The translations under genes were made by a program, and so were the position numbers. Shown one piece after another: positions 37,001 to 50,200 of a stretch of DNA of 64,000 nucleotides. The stretch is from contig JAPDFW010000147.1 in assembly GCA_028826165.1 (NCBI GenBank), positions 434,001-498,000 on the forward strand. The letters run 5' to 3'. The stretch comes from Anaeramoeba ignava BMAN (Eukaryota > Protista > Anaeramoebae). Position 1 is the first letter of the stretch. Each line of letters starts with the position of its first letter. The notes below the pieces were generated by a model. That model was not told the origin of the DNA. It saw only the letters and a list, made by a program, of their open reading frames with translations, and searched no databases.

Positions 37001-38949
37001 TCTCGAAACTAATTAGTTTATTGACAAATGATTCAATTCCAATAAAGCACTGGTTCACAATTAGCGAACAAATTATAAATACCATTTATCTCCTTCATCC
37101 AAAACCAGAACAAATTCTTGGATCTTTGATCAAAACTCAATCATCCTTTCTATTCGATTCAAAAATACAAACAATCAATAATCATTTTCCTCAATTAACA
37201 AGAATTATCTTTATTGTTGGTCATGTTGCTTTAAGGGAATACACTCATATTCAAGAAATGTATTCAAAAGTTTCTAAAATCCGTTCTCTTCGCAAAAAAT
37301 CTCATTCAAAAAATTCCCAAAATCAAGAACAAAAAACTAAATCCAAAAAATCAAAAAAAAAATCAAAACCAAAAAAGAACGATAAAGAAGAAAATAAAGA
37401 GAATAATAGCAATAACAATAACATTGAGAATGAAGATGATGAACAAAATGAAGCAGAAAAAGAAAGTATCGAAATTGAAAATTTGAATATCATTTGTGAT
37501 CGAGAAATAGTTGTTCAATCTAAATTTCAAACAAATCTTCTTGCCGAATTTGAACCTTTAATTGCACAGATTTGTGCTTTTCCAAAAATTTATCACAATT
37601 CTATTCTCAGAACATCTGCAGTTCTTTCTTTATGCAAATTTATGGCAGTTAGTTCAATAATTTGGTAAAAAAAAAAGCATCAAAACCAAAAACAAGAAAA
37701 TCTTTTATCATTTAATTAATTTTAATTTTAATAATCCAAAAAAAAAAACAAATATTATAAATATCATTAATTTAAAGTGAGAAATATCTTCAATTACTTT
37801 TCACACTTCTTAAAAAAGCTCCAGAAAGTGAAATACGTTCCAATATCATTATTTCTTTAGGTGATCTTGTTTGTAGGTTTCCAAATCAGATTGAACCATG
37901 GACATCCCATATATATTCTCTTCTTCGAGACGAAGATATTATTGTTAAAACAACAACCTTAATGGTTCTAACACACTTGATATTGAATGATATGATTAAA
38001 GTATTTTAATTTTTTTTTTAAAATCAAATTTAAAATTAAATCCATTTTCTTTTTCAAAAGGTTAAAGGACAAATCAGTGAAATTGCTCTTTGTTTGGAAG
38101 ATGAAAATCCTCAAATTGCCTCTCTTTCAAAAACTTTTTTTCATGAACTCTCAGTTAAAGGAAATGTTATTTATAATTTATTACCAGATATAATCTCCCA
38201 TTTATCAAATTTAGAAATATCAACTGAACAATTTGAATCAATTTCGAAATTTTTATTTTCATTTATTGAAAAAGAAAGACAAACAAATTCTCTTGTTGAA
38301 AAACTTTGTAACAGATTTCCAAAAATTAGTATGTGATTTTGTTATTATGAAAATATAAAAGTAATTTAATTAATGGAAAATGTTTTTTCTTTCTTTTTTT
38401 TTTAGCAATTGAACATTCAAAAAATATTGCTTTCTGTTTAACATGTTTGAATTATAATGAGAAATCATTCCAAAAATTACATGAAAGTTTCCCAAGTTTT
38501 CAAGATAAAATTGAAGATGATTATATTAAGTCTTGTTTTTTAAATATTATTTTAAAATATAAAAAATCTACAAAACCTGAATTTGTAAAACTTGTTATTG
38601 ATTTTGAAAACAAAATTAATCAAATAAAAGAAGATGATGAAGATTTAGTTGATGATTTTAAAAAGAAAATGAAAATATCTAACGAAACAAAAGAAGAAGA
38701 TAATGAACAAGAAAAGACAACAAAAAAAACAACAAACAAGAAAACAACAAACAAGAAAACAACAAAAAGAAAACAACAAAAACAACAAATAAGAAAACAA
38801 ATAAGAAAACAACAAACAAGAAAACAAATAAGAAAACAACAAACAAGAAAACAAATAAGAAAACAAATAAGAAAACAAATAAGAAAATTGAATCAGAATC
38901 ATATTCAGATTCATATTCATATTCAGAATCAGATTCATATTCAGATTAA
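34069..38949 (+). CDS. NCAPD2: Condensin I HEAT subunit CAP-D2 (Cnd1/Ycs4)
   Basis: Motifs LDSESYIIRNS, ERFRDVSAYVRTKVIQ, RLQDKSALVRKNAIQ, FNPF, GIRKIMNLVWS, LCKFMAVSS, IRSNIIISLGDL..RFPN.IEPWT and LTHLILNDMIKVKGQ. Introns at 35541-35851, about 37665-37777, 38001-38060 and 38329-38405. Apparent frameshifts in A-rich tracts at about 36130-36180 and about 38770. Confidence 0.95.
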
Positions 38950-39098
38950 AATAATTTTTTCCTTTTTCTTTTTCTTTATTTTGACTTTTTTTTTGTAAAA
39001 GTGATTTTTGAACGCATCAAAAAAACAACAACAACAAATTAAATTTCAAATTGAAATTCCACACTTTTTTTTTTTAAAAAAAATCAACAAAATAAATT

Positions 39099-40170
39099 TT
39101 AGTTGTCATCTTCATCAAAATCATCTTCATCAAAATCATCTTCATTATCAAAATCATCAAAATCATCTTCATCAAAATCTTCATCATCAAAATCATCACT
39201 AATTGCTTTTTTAGAATCAGAACGATAAATTTTTTTAAAATCAACAACTCTTAAATTTGGTTTATAATCAATATAAGGATTATAATCAAAATCTTCTTCT
39301 TCTTCTTCTTTTTTTTTATTTTTATTTTTAATTTCTTTTCCTTTTTCTGGATTTAAATTTAAATTTAGATTTAGATTTAGATTTAGATTTGAATTTTCAT
39401 CAGAAGATTTAGTTTCATTTGTTTTGCCTTTATTTTTTTTTGAATCTTTTTTCTTTTTTTGAATTAATTGATAAGTTCTAATTTCAGATTCTTTTTAAGA
39501 TTATTTGTGATTTTTTTTTTTTTGATTAAAAAATTTTTTTTAAACTAAAATTTAAATTGAATTTTTTTTTTGTTTACGATTTTGTTTTTTCGAATTTGAG
39601 ATCCATTTTTTTAAAGTGGGAACATTTATTCCTTCTTCCTTTGATATTTCTTGTAAAATTCCAGGAAGTAAACGTTGTTGATAATCAACAGAAGTTAGTT
39701 TTGTTTTAATAACTCCTTTTTTTTTAAAGTTTCTGAAAAAAATCTTTTTAATGATATCATCTTTTTCCTCTTGAGTGAAGTATTTTCTTTTTTTAAGACT
39801 TTTTCTTTGAGATTTTTCCGATTTTTGGTTTGAATTTTGATTTTCATTTTCATTTTGATTTTGATTTTGGTTTTGATTTTCTTTTTTTAATTTTATTAAT
39901 TTTAATTTTAATTATTATTTTAATTTTAATTTTGATTTTTAATTTTAATTTTTATCCGATTTTAAATCTTAATTTTAATTTTGAATTTAATTTTAAATTT
40001 AATTATGATTTATTTGGTTATTTTTGTTTGGATTGTTTTATTATTGTAAACATTGGTTATTTGAATAAAAAGGAAAAAAAATTTAATTAAAAAATCTTTT
40101 ATTCAAAGTAATTATTTGTAAAAAAGAAAAAAAAAAAACTTTACTTTCCATAATAAATTCATTAATATTT
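39099..40170 (-). CDS. Putative helix-turn-helix DNA-binding protein (psq/CENP-B/Brinker/HTH_Tnp_1-like) with acidic tail
   Basis: Minus-strand translation of about 39800-39578 gives KKRKYFTQEEKDDIIKKIF...GILQEISKEEGINVPTLKKWISN. A GT-AG intron leads to a K-rich then D/E-rich exon stopping at 39099. The 5' structure could not be resolved in frame. Confidence 0.55.
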
Positions 40171-40423
40171 CGCTTAAAAATATTTAATCAAATAATCTAT
40201 TTATATTCAAATAAAACCAAAATAATTTATTTATAACAAATTGAAAAGGAAAGGAAAAAAATGAAAAAAAAATTTTTTAAAAAAATTATTTTTTATTAAA
40301 TTTCAAATTAAAAATTAAAAGAAAATTTCAAATTAAAACTAAATTTGAATTTAAAATCAATTCCAATTTCAATTCCAATTTAAATTCCAAATTAAATTCG
40401 ATACAATTTTTAATAATAAATAG

Positions 40424-43400
40424 TTATTTTTTAGTTTTATTTTTAATGTTTTTCTTTTTCTTTTGATAAATTTTTCTGTTTGATTTTTTTGATTTTTTTG
40501 ATTTATCTGAATCACTTCGAGATTCACTTCTTAAATCAATTTCTGAATCAGTTTCTGAATAACTTTCATATTCACTTTCATCTTCACTTTCATATTCACT
40601 TTCATCTTTACTTTCATATTCACTTTCATCTTTACTTTCATATTCACTTTCATCTTTACTTTCATCTTCACTTTCATCTTCACTTTCATCTTTACTTTCA
40701 TCTTTACTTTCATTTTCATTTTCATCTTCACTTTGGTTTTCATTTTCATTTTCATTTTCATTTTCATCTTCACTTTGATATTCATTTTCATTTTCATTTT
40801 CATCTTCATTTTGATTTTCATTTTGATTTTCATTTTGATTTTCATTTTGATTTTCATTTTCACTTTCATTTTCATTTTCATTTTCATTTTCATTTTGATT
40901 TTGATTTTGAATTTCATTTTGATTTTGATTTTGGTTTTGATTTTCATTTTCATCTTCACTTTGATATTCATTTTCATTTTGATTTTGATTTTGATTTTGA
41001 TTTTGATTTTGATTTTGATTTTGATTTTGATTTTGATTTTGATTTTGATTTTGATTTTCATTTTCATTTTCATCTTCACTTTTATATTCATCTTCATTTT
41101 GATTTTGATTTTTTTGAGATCTTGTTTTCTTATTTGAATCATCAAATACAACTTCACGAGCTGCTTTATTCTTGGAAATTTCATCTTTGGTTAATTGCTT
41201 ATTTTTGTGATTTCTCTTTTTTTTCTTTGGTCCTTTTATTATATCTGTTGGAACTTCTTTGTTTTTATTTTCTTTTTTTATTTCCATCTTTTTATTTTCA
41301 AGAACTGGTAAATTTCCAGTTTTGTTTATATTCACTACTTTTTGGATTTTTTCAGAAGCTTTGATAAAATAAGATTGTGTTATTTTTTCTTGATTCACAA
41401 TTGGAATTAATTCTTCAATATTTTTTGATAAATAAAAGATCATGCTTGCAATTTGAGAACTAAGTTTTGTTATGATATCATCGATTTGATTCATTTGCGA
41501 TTCAACTTGAGTTATTTCCAAATCATTATAACTTAAATTACGAAATTGTTTTTGTTCTGAAATTGGTGAAACTAAATCTAATAAAATGCGGCCAAAACTT
41601 TTGACCCATTTTCCTTGTGGATGAACTTTCAACTCACGAGCTATTCCAACTGCGAAATATAAATGGTAATATTGAGTTGATTCTTGATGAACAGTTGTGT
41701 CTGTAAGAAAAATTAGAAACTCTGAAAATTTAATAATTGGAATATCTGCAAATATTGATCCACGTTCTGAATATGCTATTAATTTGAGGAATCTTATGAA
41801 AATCTTGGCTAAATTTTGTTGGTTTTGCTTTGATAATCGTGCATAGGATTGAAAAAATACAGATAAAAGCTGATGGATATTTGAAACATCTTGGAATTGT
41901 GGAGAAAAATAAATATGAAGTAACTTAACTAATAAATCTTGGACAATTTGATTATTACTAATACGATTAGCAAAGAGTAATTTGGAAATTCCTTCAATTG
42001 CTGATTCTTGAATTTCTTTATTTTTATATTCAAAAAAATCAGTAATCTTGCTAATAATTTTGCATTTATGAAATTGGAAAAGTTTAGATTCATCTTCATC
42101 TTCATCTTCATCTTCATTTGTTGATTCAGACTCACTTTGATAATCATTGTTAATTTCTTTTGATTCTTTTTTGATTTCTAAGTTTTCATCTTGAATTGAA
42201 TTGAAATTCTTTGTTGAATAAATATGAATAAAATCAAAAAGAACTTTCAAAGAAGCCAAAACAAGATCATCATCTGATTTTTTCTGAAGGTTTTCCAAAA
42301 ACATATCAACATGCTCCTTAGCTTGATTTTCAGTGAATAAATAATATAAACCAAGACAAGTAGCAGCATTGCTTCGAATGTTCTTAAATTTCTTGTTATT
42401 GTAACAATACAAAATTATGTTATTGAGAATCCAATCAATCTTTTCATTTTCAATAAGATTTTGTCCTGTTATTTTTTTGTGCGGAGTTTTGGGTTGATTA
42501 ATAACAACTGGTTGAAATTCAATTTGGCTTAGGAATTCTTGAGTGATATTAATGCAACGAATCATTATTTCATTTTCTTTTTGAGAATGTTTTGTATTTT
42601 TTGAATTTTTTGAATTTTTTGAAGATCTTTTGTGTGTTTTACTATCTTTAGTTTCTTCAGAATTTTCCATTTTCATTTTTTCTGTCAATGATTTCAAACA
42701 ATCTGAAATTAACTGTATAAATTGATCTTGTGAATCTTTGTAAATTATCTTTATCAATTTAATACTTTCAGTAATAATATCTTTTCGAGAAGAAATGGAG
42801 CAAATGAATTCACGAAGAACTTCAATATAAGCATTTCTTCCTATTTCATCAGAATAACTAAAATTAAAAGAGATACGAAGAAGTTCAACAACAATTTCTG
42901 GGTTATTTAAATAATTTCTTAGTATTTCAATAAATGTAGGAACATCAGGAAAGTATTCTTCTAAAATAGGAAATTCTATTTGATATTCTGAAGAGTATTG
43001 ACTAAATACACGGAAAAGGAAAGCTTGTTCGAGAGAAATTTGAGTTTTTGGTTCTTTTTCTTTATCTTTTTCATTATCATTATCATTATCATTTTCTTTA
43101 TCATTATCTTTATCTTTATCTTTATCTTTATCATTATCATTATCTTTATCTTTATCATTATCTTTTTCTTTATCTTTTTCATTATCTTTTTCATCTTTTT
43201 CATCTAAATTAAATTGTATTAATGAAGAATCATAATCAAGAATTGTATTTATAGCAATTCTAGCTTCTCTTGGGAATTGTGAAACATTAATTAGCTTAAG
43301 TAACTAAATAAATTCAATAATAAATTCAATAATAAATTCAATAATAAATTTAATAATAAATTCAATAATAAATTTAATAATAAATTCAATAATAAATTTA

Positions 43401-44983
43401 ATAATAAATTTAATAATAAATTCATTAATATATTCATTAATAAATTTAATAATAAATTCAATAATAAATTCAATAATAAATTCAATAATAAATTCAATAA
43501 TAAATTCAATAATAAATTCAATAATAAATTCAATAATAAATTCAATAATAAATTCAATAATAAATTCAATAATAAATTTAATAATAAATTTAATAATAAA
43601 TTCAATAATAAATTTAATAATAAATTCAATAATAAATTCAATAATAAATTCAATAATAAATTCAATAATAAATTCAATAATAAATTCAATAATAAATTCA
43701 ATAATAAATTTAATAATATCTTCATTTGTTTTTACTTGAAAAATATTCTTTTTGCATTGTCGAATAAACCAAACTTCAACAAAAATTTGAATCGCGATTT
43801 TTCGAATTGATTCATTACGATCACAAAGACAAGTTCGAATTATAAAAGCAATTTGTTTTGATTTAATTTTTTGTATTTTTACTTTAAGTCCTATAAGTCT
43901 AATAGCATATTTACGAACACCTTCATTAATATCTTGAGTTCGAGAAAGAAATTGTTTGAATATTTTTGGGTTTTTGAGTTCAAGATTAGCTAAAATAGCT
44001 TTTCGTACATCTCTATAAAAATTTTGAAAAAGAATTTTATATTTATATTTATATTTATATTTATATTTATATTTATATTTATATTTATATTTAGATTTAG
44101 ATTTATATTTATATTTAGATTTAGATTTAGATTTATATTTATATTTTGATTTATATTTAGATTTATATTTATATTTATATTTATTTTTAGATTTATTTTT
44201 ATATTTATATTTATATTTATATTTATATTTATATTTATATTTATATTTATATTTAGATTTATATTTATATTTATATTTATATTTATATTTATATTTATAT
44301 TTATATTTATATTTAGATTTTGATTTTGATTTTTATTTAGATTTTGATTTAGATTTTGATTTTGATTTTGATTTAGATTTATTTTTAATTTACGGTGATG
44401 AATCTGTTTGAAGCAAATCAAAATAAATTTGAATAACTGGATCTTCTAAATCATCAGGATCTTGAAGACCACAAAGAGCATGAATAGCTTGAATTCTAAC
44501 TGCAGGAATTTTATCATGAGTTCTCAAAGACATTGTTTTAAGAATTTTCTGCCATAATTCTTCAGAAATCTCAACTCCTTCACCAGCAGCAGAAAGTAAT
44601 TGGAAAATAATTTGACAGGAACGGAATCTAACGGCTTTTTCATCAGAATAAGATGTTTGAAGAAGATATGAAATGATCTCAATTGCAAAATCAGCATAAT
44701 TTTTAAGTAATCTTTTTTTCTCTTTTTCTTTTTTATCTTGTTTGGTTCTTTTGGTATTTTTGGGTGATGAAAAACAAAAGGAAACAATAAAAGAAACTAA
44801 CCGTTCAATTGCTAGTTCTCTTTTAAAAACCATAAGTATTCGATCTAAATAAGGGAAAAATTGTGAATTGAAATTTTTTCCTTGATCTTGTTTGATTTGT
44901 CTTAATTGAGTAACACATTTTTGATGGGAAATTGTTGATTTTTGAGCTTCTTCCAAAATTGTTTGAATTGAATATTCAGTCAT
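40424..44983 (-). CDS. NCAPG: Condensin I HEAT subunit CAP-G (Cnd3/Ycg1)
   Basis: Exons 44983-44394, 44012-43736 and 43303-40424 join in frame. Motifs FKRELAIERLVSF, EKAVRFRSCQII, RTHDKIPAVRIQAIHALCGLQ, DSSPDVRKA, RTQDINEGVRK, YSDEIGR, AIEGISKLL and LHIYFSP......IHQLLSVFF. Confidence 0.95.
43304..43735. repeat. CAP-G intron filled with 12-mer (AATAAATTYAAT)n
   Basis: Directly visible tandem 12-mers within a minus-strand GT-AG intron. Confidence 0.92.
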
Positions 44984-45124
44984 TTATTAATATTATAATA
45001 ATAATAATAATTATTTTTGTTTTAAAAAGAAATAAAAATGAAAAATATTTTTTTTTAATTTAATTTTTAAATTGAAAATAAAAAAACCGTTAAAAAATTA
45101 TTTAAATTTTAATTTAAATTTTAA

Positions 45125-47183
45125 TTATTGGTTTTTGTTTTGTTTTTCTTCTGTTTCTTTTTTATCAAATCCAAGTTGTTTAAGTCTTCCTCTTAAATGA
45201 GAAATTAACATTTTTTGAGTAATTAATTTTGTATCTAATATACTTCCTTCTGATTGTAAACTAGAATTTTCAAAGAATTGTTGTTGATTACAACATAAAA
45301 CTGTTGTTTGAAGATCTTTTAAACGACAATCAAGATCTTCAATTTCTTGAGTTAATTCAATTGTTGATTTTAAATTGGAAGAAATTTTTTCAATATTTTC
45401 ATTTGTTTTATTTTGATTTTCTATTATTTGTTTTTTTTGGATTGTTGGATTTTGAAATTCTTGATTTCTATAAGGAGTTTCTTGTGAAACTATTCGAACT
45501 GATTTAAAATTTCTTTTTGTTGTTGATGTAATTTTTTTTTGTAATTTATGATATCCAATTATTAAAGAATTTAGATCATTTTTAAGATCTTTTAAAATTT
45601 TAAATGAATTTTCTTTTTCTTTTTCTAATTTCGCATTGATTTCATTTAATGTTTCAAGTCTAGAAATATTGATTTCTTTTTGGTGTTTTGTAATAAATGG
45701 GAATTTTTCTTGAACATCTTTAATCAAATCTATTTATTTATAATATTTTAATTTTCAAATTGATTTTAATTTTCAAATTGATTTTGATTTTAATTTTGAT
45801 TTTGATTTTAATTTTGATTTTGATTTTAATTTTGATTTTAATTTTAATTTTCAAATTGATTTAGATTTTGATTTTGATTTTGATTTTGGTTTTAATTTTG
45901 ATTTTAATTTTAATTTTGATTTTAATTTTAATTTTGATTTTAATTTTGATTTTGATTTTGATTTTGAATTTGATTTTAATTTTGATTTTAATTTTAATTT
46001 TAATTTTGATTTTGATTTTGATTTTGATTTTGATTTTAATTTTGATTTAGATTTTAATTTTGATTTTGATTTGGGTTTTGATTTTGATTTTAATTTTGAT
46101 TTTGATTTTAATTAATTTTGATTTTAAATTGAATTTTAATTTTTTACTATTAATTTTATCTTCAGTTTCAACACAATCAATTGAAAGATGATCAATTCTT
46201 GATCTTTGTTTTTGGATTTGAAGTCTAATTTCATCATTTTCTCGATGAATTAAAATTTTTTCATCAATTTCTTCTAAATTTGATAAAGGAAGTTGTTTTT
46301 CACTAATTGATTGCCTATATTCCAAAATTTTTTTAATAAGTGGTCTTTCACTTGGGTCTTCTCCAAGAATATTTGACCTTCTTAAACGTGGTTGGAATTC
46401 TGGCTGCTCTCCATCTATGTTAATAGGAGCTTCAAACATACTTGAATTTCTTGCATTTTTAAACAATGACACAATATGATCACCAGCCTTATCTTGTTCG
46501 CTATCGCTTTCAGTCATAACCACAATTGACCCGCCTGAATCGTCAGATAACATTTCGTCATCTTCGTTTTTTTCGTCGCTTTTGGTACTTCCAAATCCCC
46601 AACTTGAAGAATCGTCATCGGATTTTCTTTCCTCGTGGGAAAGCAGCTCATCTTCTTCTCCGGAAACTTGTTCATGTTCTGAAAAATCACTGTTAAAATT
46701 ATCAACTTCAATTCTTAAATTACTTGATTTCTTTGGCGGACTTGGGATGTTCTCTTTTTGTTCCGGTTTTTTGGAATTTTTCATCTCGTCATTTTCAAGT
46801 GATATTAATTTTTTAACTGGATTTTTTTCAACTAAAAAATTATCTTGAGTTTGGAAATCACTTTCTTTAAACTCTTCATAATCTTCCGTTTTCTGGGATT
46901 CTTTTTTCTTCGGTTCATTGATTATATTGGTTTTTTTGTCTTTTTGTTCGTCTTTTTTTCGATTGTTTTTTGATTCTTTATTTTCTTTTGATTTTTTCCA
47001 ATGATTTTTTTCTAATTTTTTTTTTGGTGATTCAATAGATTCAAAATCAATATCTTTCCATTCATCTTGAGATGATTTTTGCATTATATTCTTTTCCTTG
47101 TTTTTGTGTTTATGATTATGCTTATGTTTATGTTGATGGTTATGCTTTTTTTTATGTCTTTCATTTGGTAATTGATTTGACAT
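45125..47183 (-). CDS. Hypothetical protein: His/Lys-rich N-terminus, acidic disordered middle, C-terminal coiled coils
   Basis: Exons 47183-46148 and 45729-45125 join in frame across a hexamer-repeat intron. No family recognised. Confidence 0.7.
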
Positions 47184-47242
47184 AATTTTCAAATTAAAAA
47201 ATAAAAAAAATGAAAAAAATGAAAAAAATGAAAAAAATTTAT

Positions 47243-50200
47243 TTAATTCAAAATGATCTTTTTGGAAATGATTTCAAATAAAACTGAATCAATTTCTTTC
47301 ATTTCCTTTTTCATTTCTTTGTTTAATTTTATATTGATTTGTTGATTTTTTAAAAATTCAAAAAATTCTTGAATTTTGATTTGAATTTTCTTTCTAAATT
47401 CAACAACATTTAAAATTTGATAATTTGGATCAATCAACTTTTCATTTGAGATGAATAAATCTTCAAATGAATATGAAGCAATATAACAAGAAAGTAAGTA
47501 ATTGAAAAAATTCTCAAGATCCACTTTTCCGATTTGTTGAACTAGCAAACTTGAAAAATCCAAATTTATTAAAACATGCAATACAATCCAGTATTTTTTT
47601 TCTGGTTCAAATGATGTTTTTTCATTTCCAAAAGAAGTAAATTTAGGAAGAATAAATGATTTCAAAAGCAAGACTTTTTCTATAAAAACACTCAAATTAC
47701 AAATTAGCAAATTAACTTGAGAATTTTCAATTTTCCGAACAATTGAAAAATTTTGATAATTTGGTGTTGATAAAATGGATATTTTTTGATACAAAATTTG
47801 AGTGATATCCAAAAAAAACGAGAAGGAATCAATAAGTAAAACTTTTTCACACGAAATGCTGAAATTCAAAATGAGATTTTCAAAGTAATTTTGGGGGATT
47901 TGAGAATCAAACTTGATAATTTGAGAAATGAAATTTTCAAAAAGTAATTCTTGAAAGGATTCCAATTTCAAATTTAAATTCAAATTGAAAGGAGGATTTG
48001 TTTCTTGAGATGGAAAAGGATTAAACATCCATTGAATAAAGGAATAATATTGAGAGAAATCTTGTGATATTGCTCCATTTTTTGGTTCTTTGTTTAGCGA
48101 ATGTAAAATTGAACCGAGGAAGTTCCAATAATAAATGAACAATATTCTCATTTTTGGATTGAGATTATTTTGAATATATTTTGTAAGAGAAGAATCGTTT
48201 TCGTTGGAACTTTCGAAAATTAGAACCAAAGTACGAAAGGTAAATTTTATAACAGAAAATGATATTGGAAAATGAGGAATAATATATTTGGATGTGAAAT
48301 TTTCAAATTCTTGGAAATGTTCTGGGAAATCAATTTGTGATTGAGAAAGTGATTTGGAAAATGATCTACTCATTGATTTGATATTTTTTGTCAGTTTTTT
48401 TCTTGAAGTTGAAGCTGTTGTTCTTCTCTTTTTTACATTTGGTGTTTGAAGAGAGTTTTCAAGTTGTGATTTTGGTGGATCAATTTGCATCAAAATTTCG
48501 ATTGGCAAAGAATTTGAAATGGATGAAAAAGTATCTAAAAAATTATGTATCATTTTGGAATCATTCCATTGAGTAATATATTCCTTTGCAATAGATAATA
48601 AAGAAATTTTAGGTTTAGAAATGAGCAATATATCTTGCAAAATCATCATAAACAAAGGCACAACTTGGTTTCCCTTTGATTGTTTATTGTGAGGTTGTGA
48701 ATCTTGTTGATTATGTTGGAAATTGAGAATCGATTTGAATATTTTCAAGAATATCTGAGTAAATGATTCGGATTCCTTTTCCAAATGAAGATATTTATTG
48801 AAAATGGTGTGCTTTAAATATTCATAACGAGGAAATGATTTAGGAGGATATTGTGTTTGCAATTCATAAGAAATCCATTTTTCAATAGTTAATTGATCAG
48901 AGATATCAACAAAAAATTGGAAAGAATGAGAAAAAATAATTTTGTTTGCAATTTGAAGCAATTTAATTGTTTTTTCATCAGAAATCAAGTTGTGATTTTG
49001 AACAAAAAAATCTTCTCTTTCAATCATATATTGGATAAATTGGGTCAATTGAGTTGGAATATATCCCTTCTGGCTTGAAAAATGATCCGAGGAGATTGAA
49101 TCAAACAACAAAACAATTGTTTGTATGTATGAAACACTGAATTGAAGAAGATTCATTAAATGGAATGATTTCGCCATTTGGTCAATCACTTGATCCAAAA
49201 ATTGAACAATTTCAATCTGAAAATCAATTCCAGTATTTTGAATTACTAAACTCTCTTTTTCTAGTTGATCGTGCATTAAATTTGGGTTATTTTCATAATA
49301 AATACAGATTTGGTGGATTGTAGCAATCAAAATGCAAACTATTTCAATCTGGAAACTTGTGATTTTCTCGGATTCTTGGAGAAGTAAAGAGATTATATAC
49401 AACTTGAGAAAATGAATCACATTCGGGACTTGAGTAATCACCATTTTGGCAACTCTTTGAGGCCAAAACAAATATTCTTTTTGACTGAATAAGTCTGTTG
49501 TTTTGTGGATTTCAAGTGAATTTAGAATCATTTTCCCAAAAGTATCCACAAAATATTCAACAAATTTGGTCAAGTCTTGAGTGTAAATTTGAGGGTTTTG
49601 ATCAAAAGAAGAATGATTGAATATTTTCTTCAATGAATCTTGGAGTTGATTGATTGATGTCTCAAGCAAAATCTCGTTTCCATTTGTTAATGCTTGGGGA
49701 AGTTTGTCAAGTAATTCAATAACAAGAGAAAGTGGATCGTTTTTGGGATTAGTTTGTTTATTAATATTTAGTGTTTGTTTTGGAAGAAGAAATTCTTGTA
49801 CAAAAGCAATGAACTTCTGCAATCTGATGTTTTTTGACCTGAAAAACGACTTGTCATTCCATTCTTTAATATAACTGGAAATTTTATTCATTCCATTTCG
49901 AGTTGAAACAATAGTTTGAACCAAAAATAATGAAAGTAGCATATTTGCATGCTCATCACATTCAATCAAAATGAACAAATTTTCCACAAGTTTTTCCAAA
50001 TAAAAATGGCGGATAAACTCTGTTAAAAACATTACTAATTCCCGACTATTTGAAACCTCCTGCATTTTGGAATATAAAGAATTGAAATTTAAAGAGGACT
50101 TTTCAGGAGGATATGCAAATCCAAGCCATAAAGGAGTTACTGAATAATCCATTTTCAAAAAACGTGTGAGTTCTTCTTCATACCAACCAGGAACATTTTG

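Noticed and set aside
10041-44983. Additional micro-exons in the DHHC, NRF-6, STI1, CAP-D2 and CAP-G introns
   Set aside because: The junctions I checked splice in frame and keep conserved motifs without extra codons. I did not notice AG-NNN-GT islands like those in the ankyrin gene, though the check was by eye.
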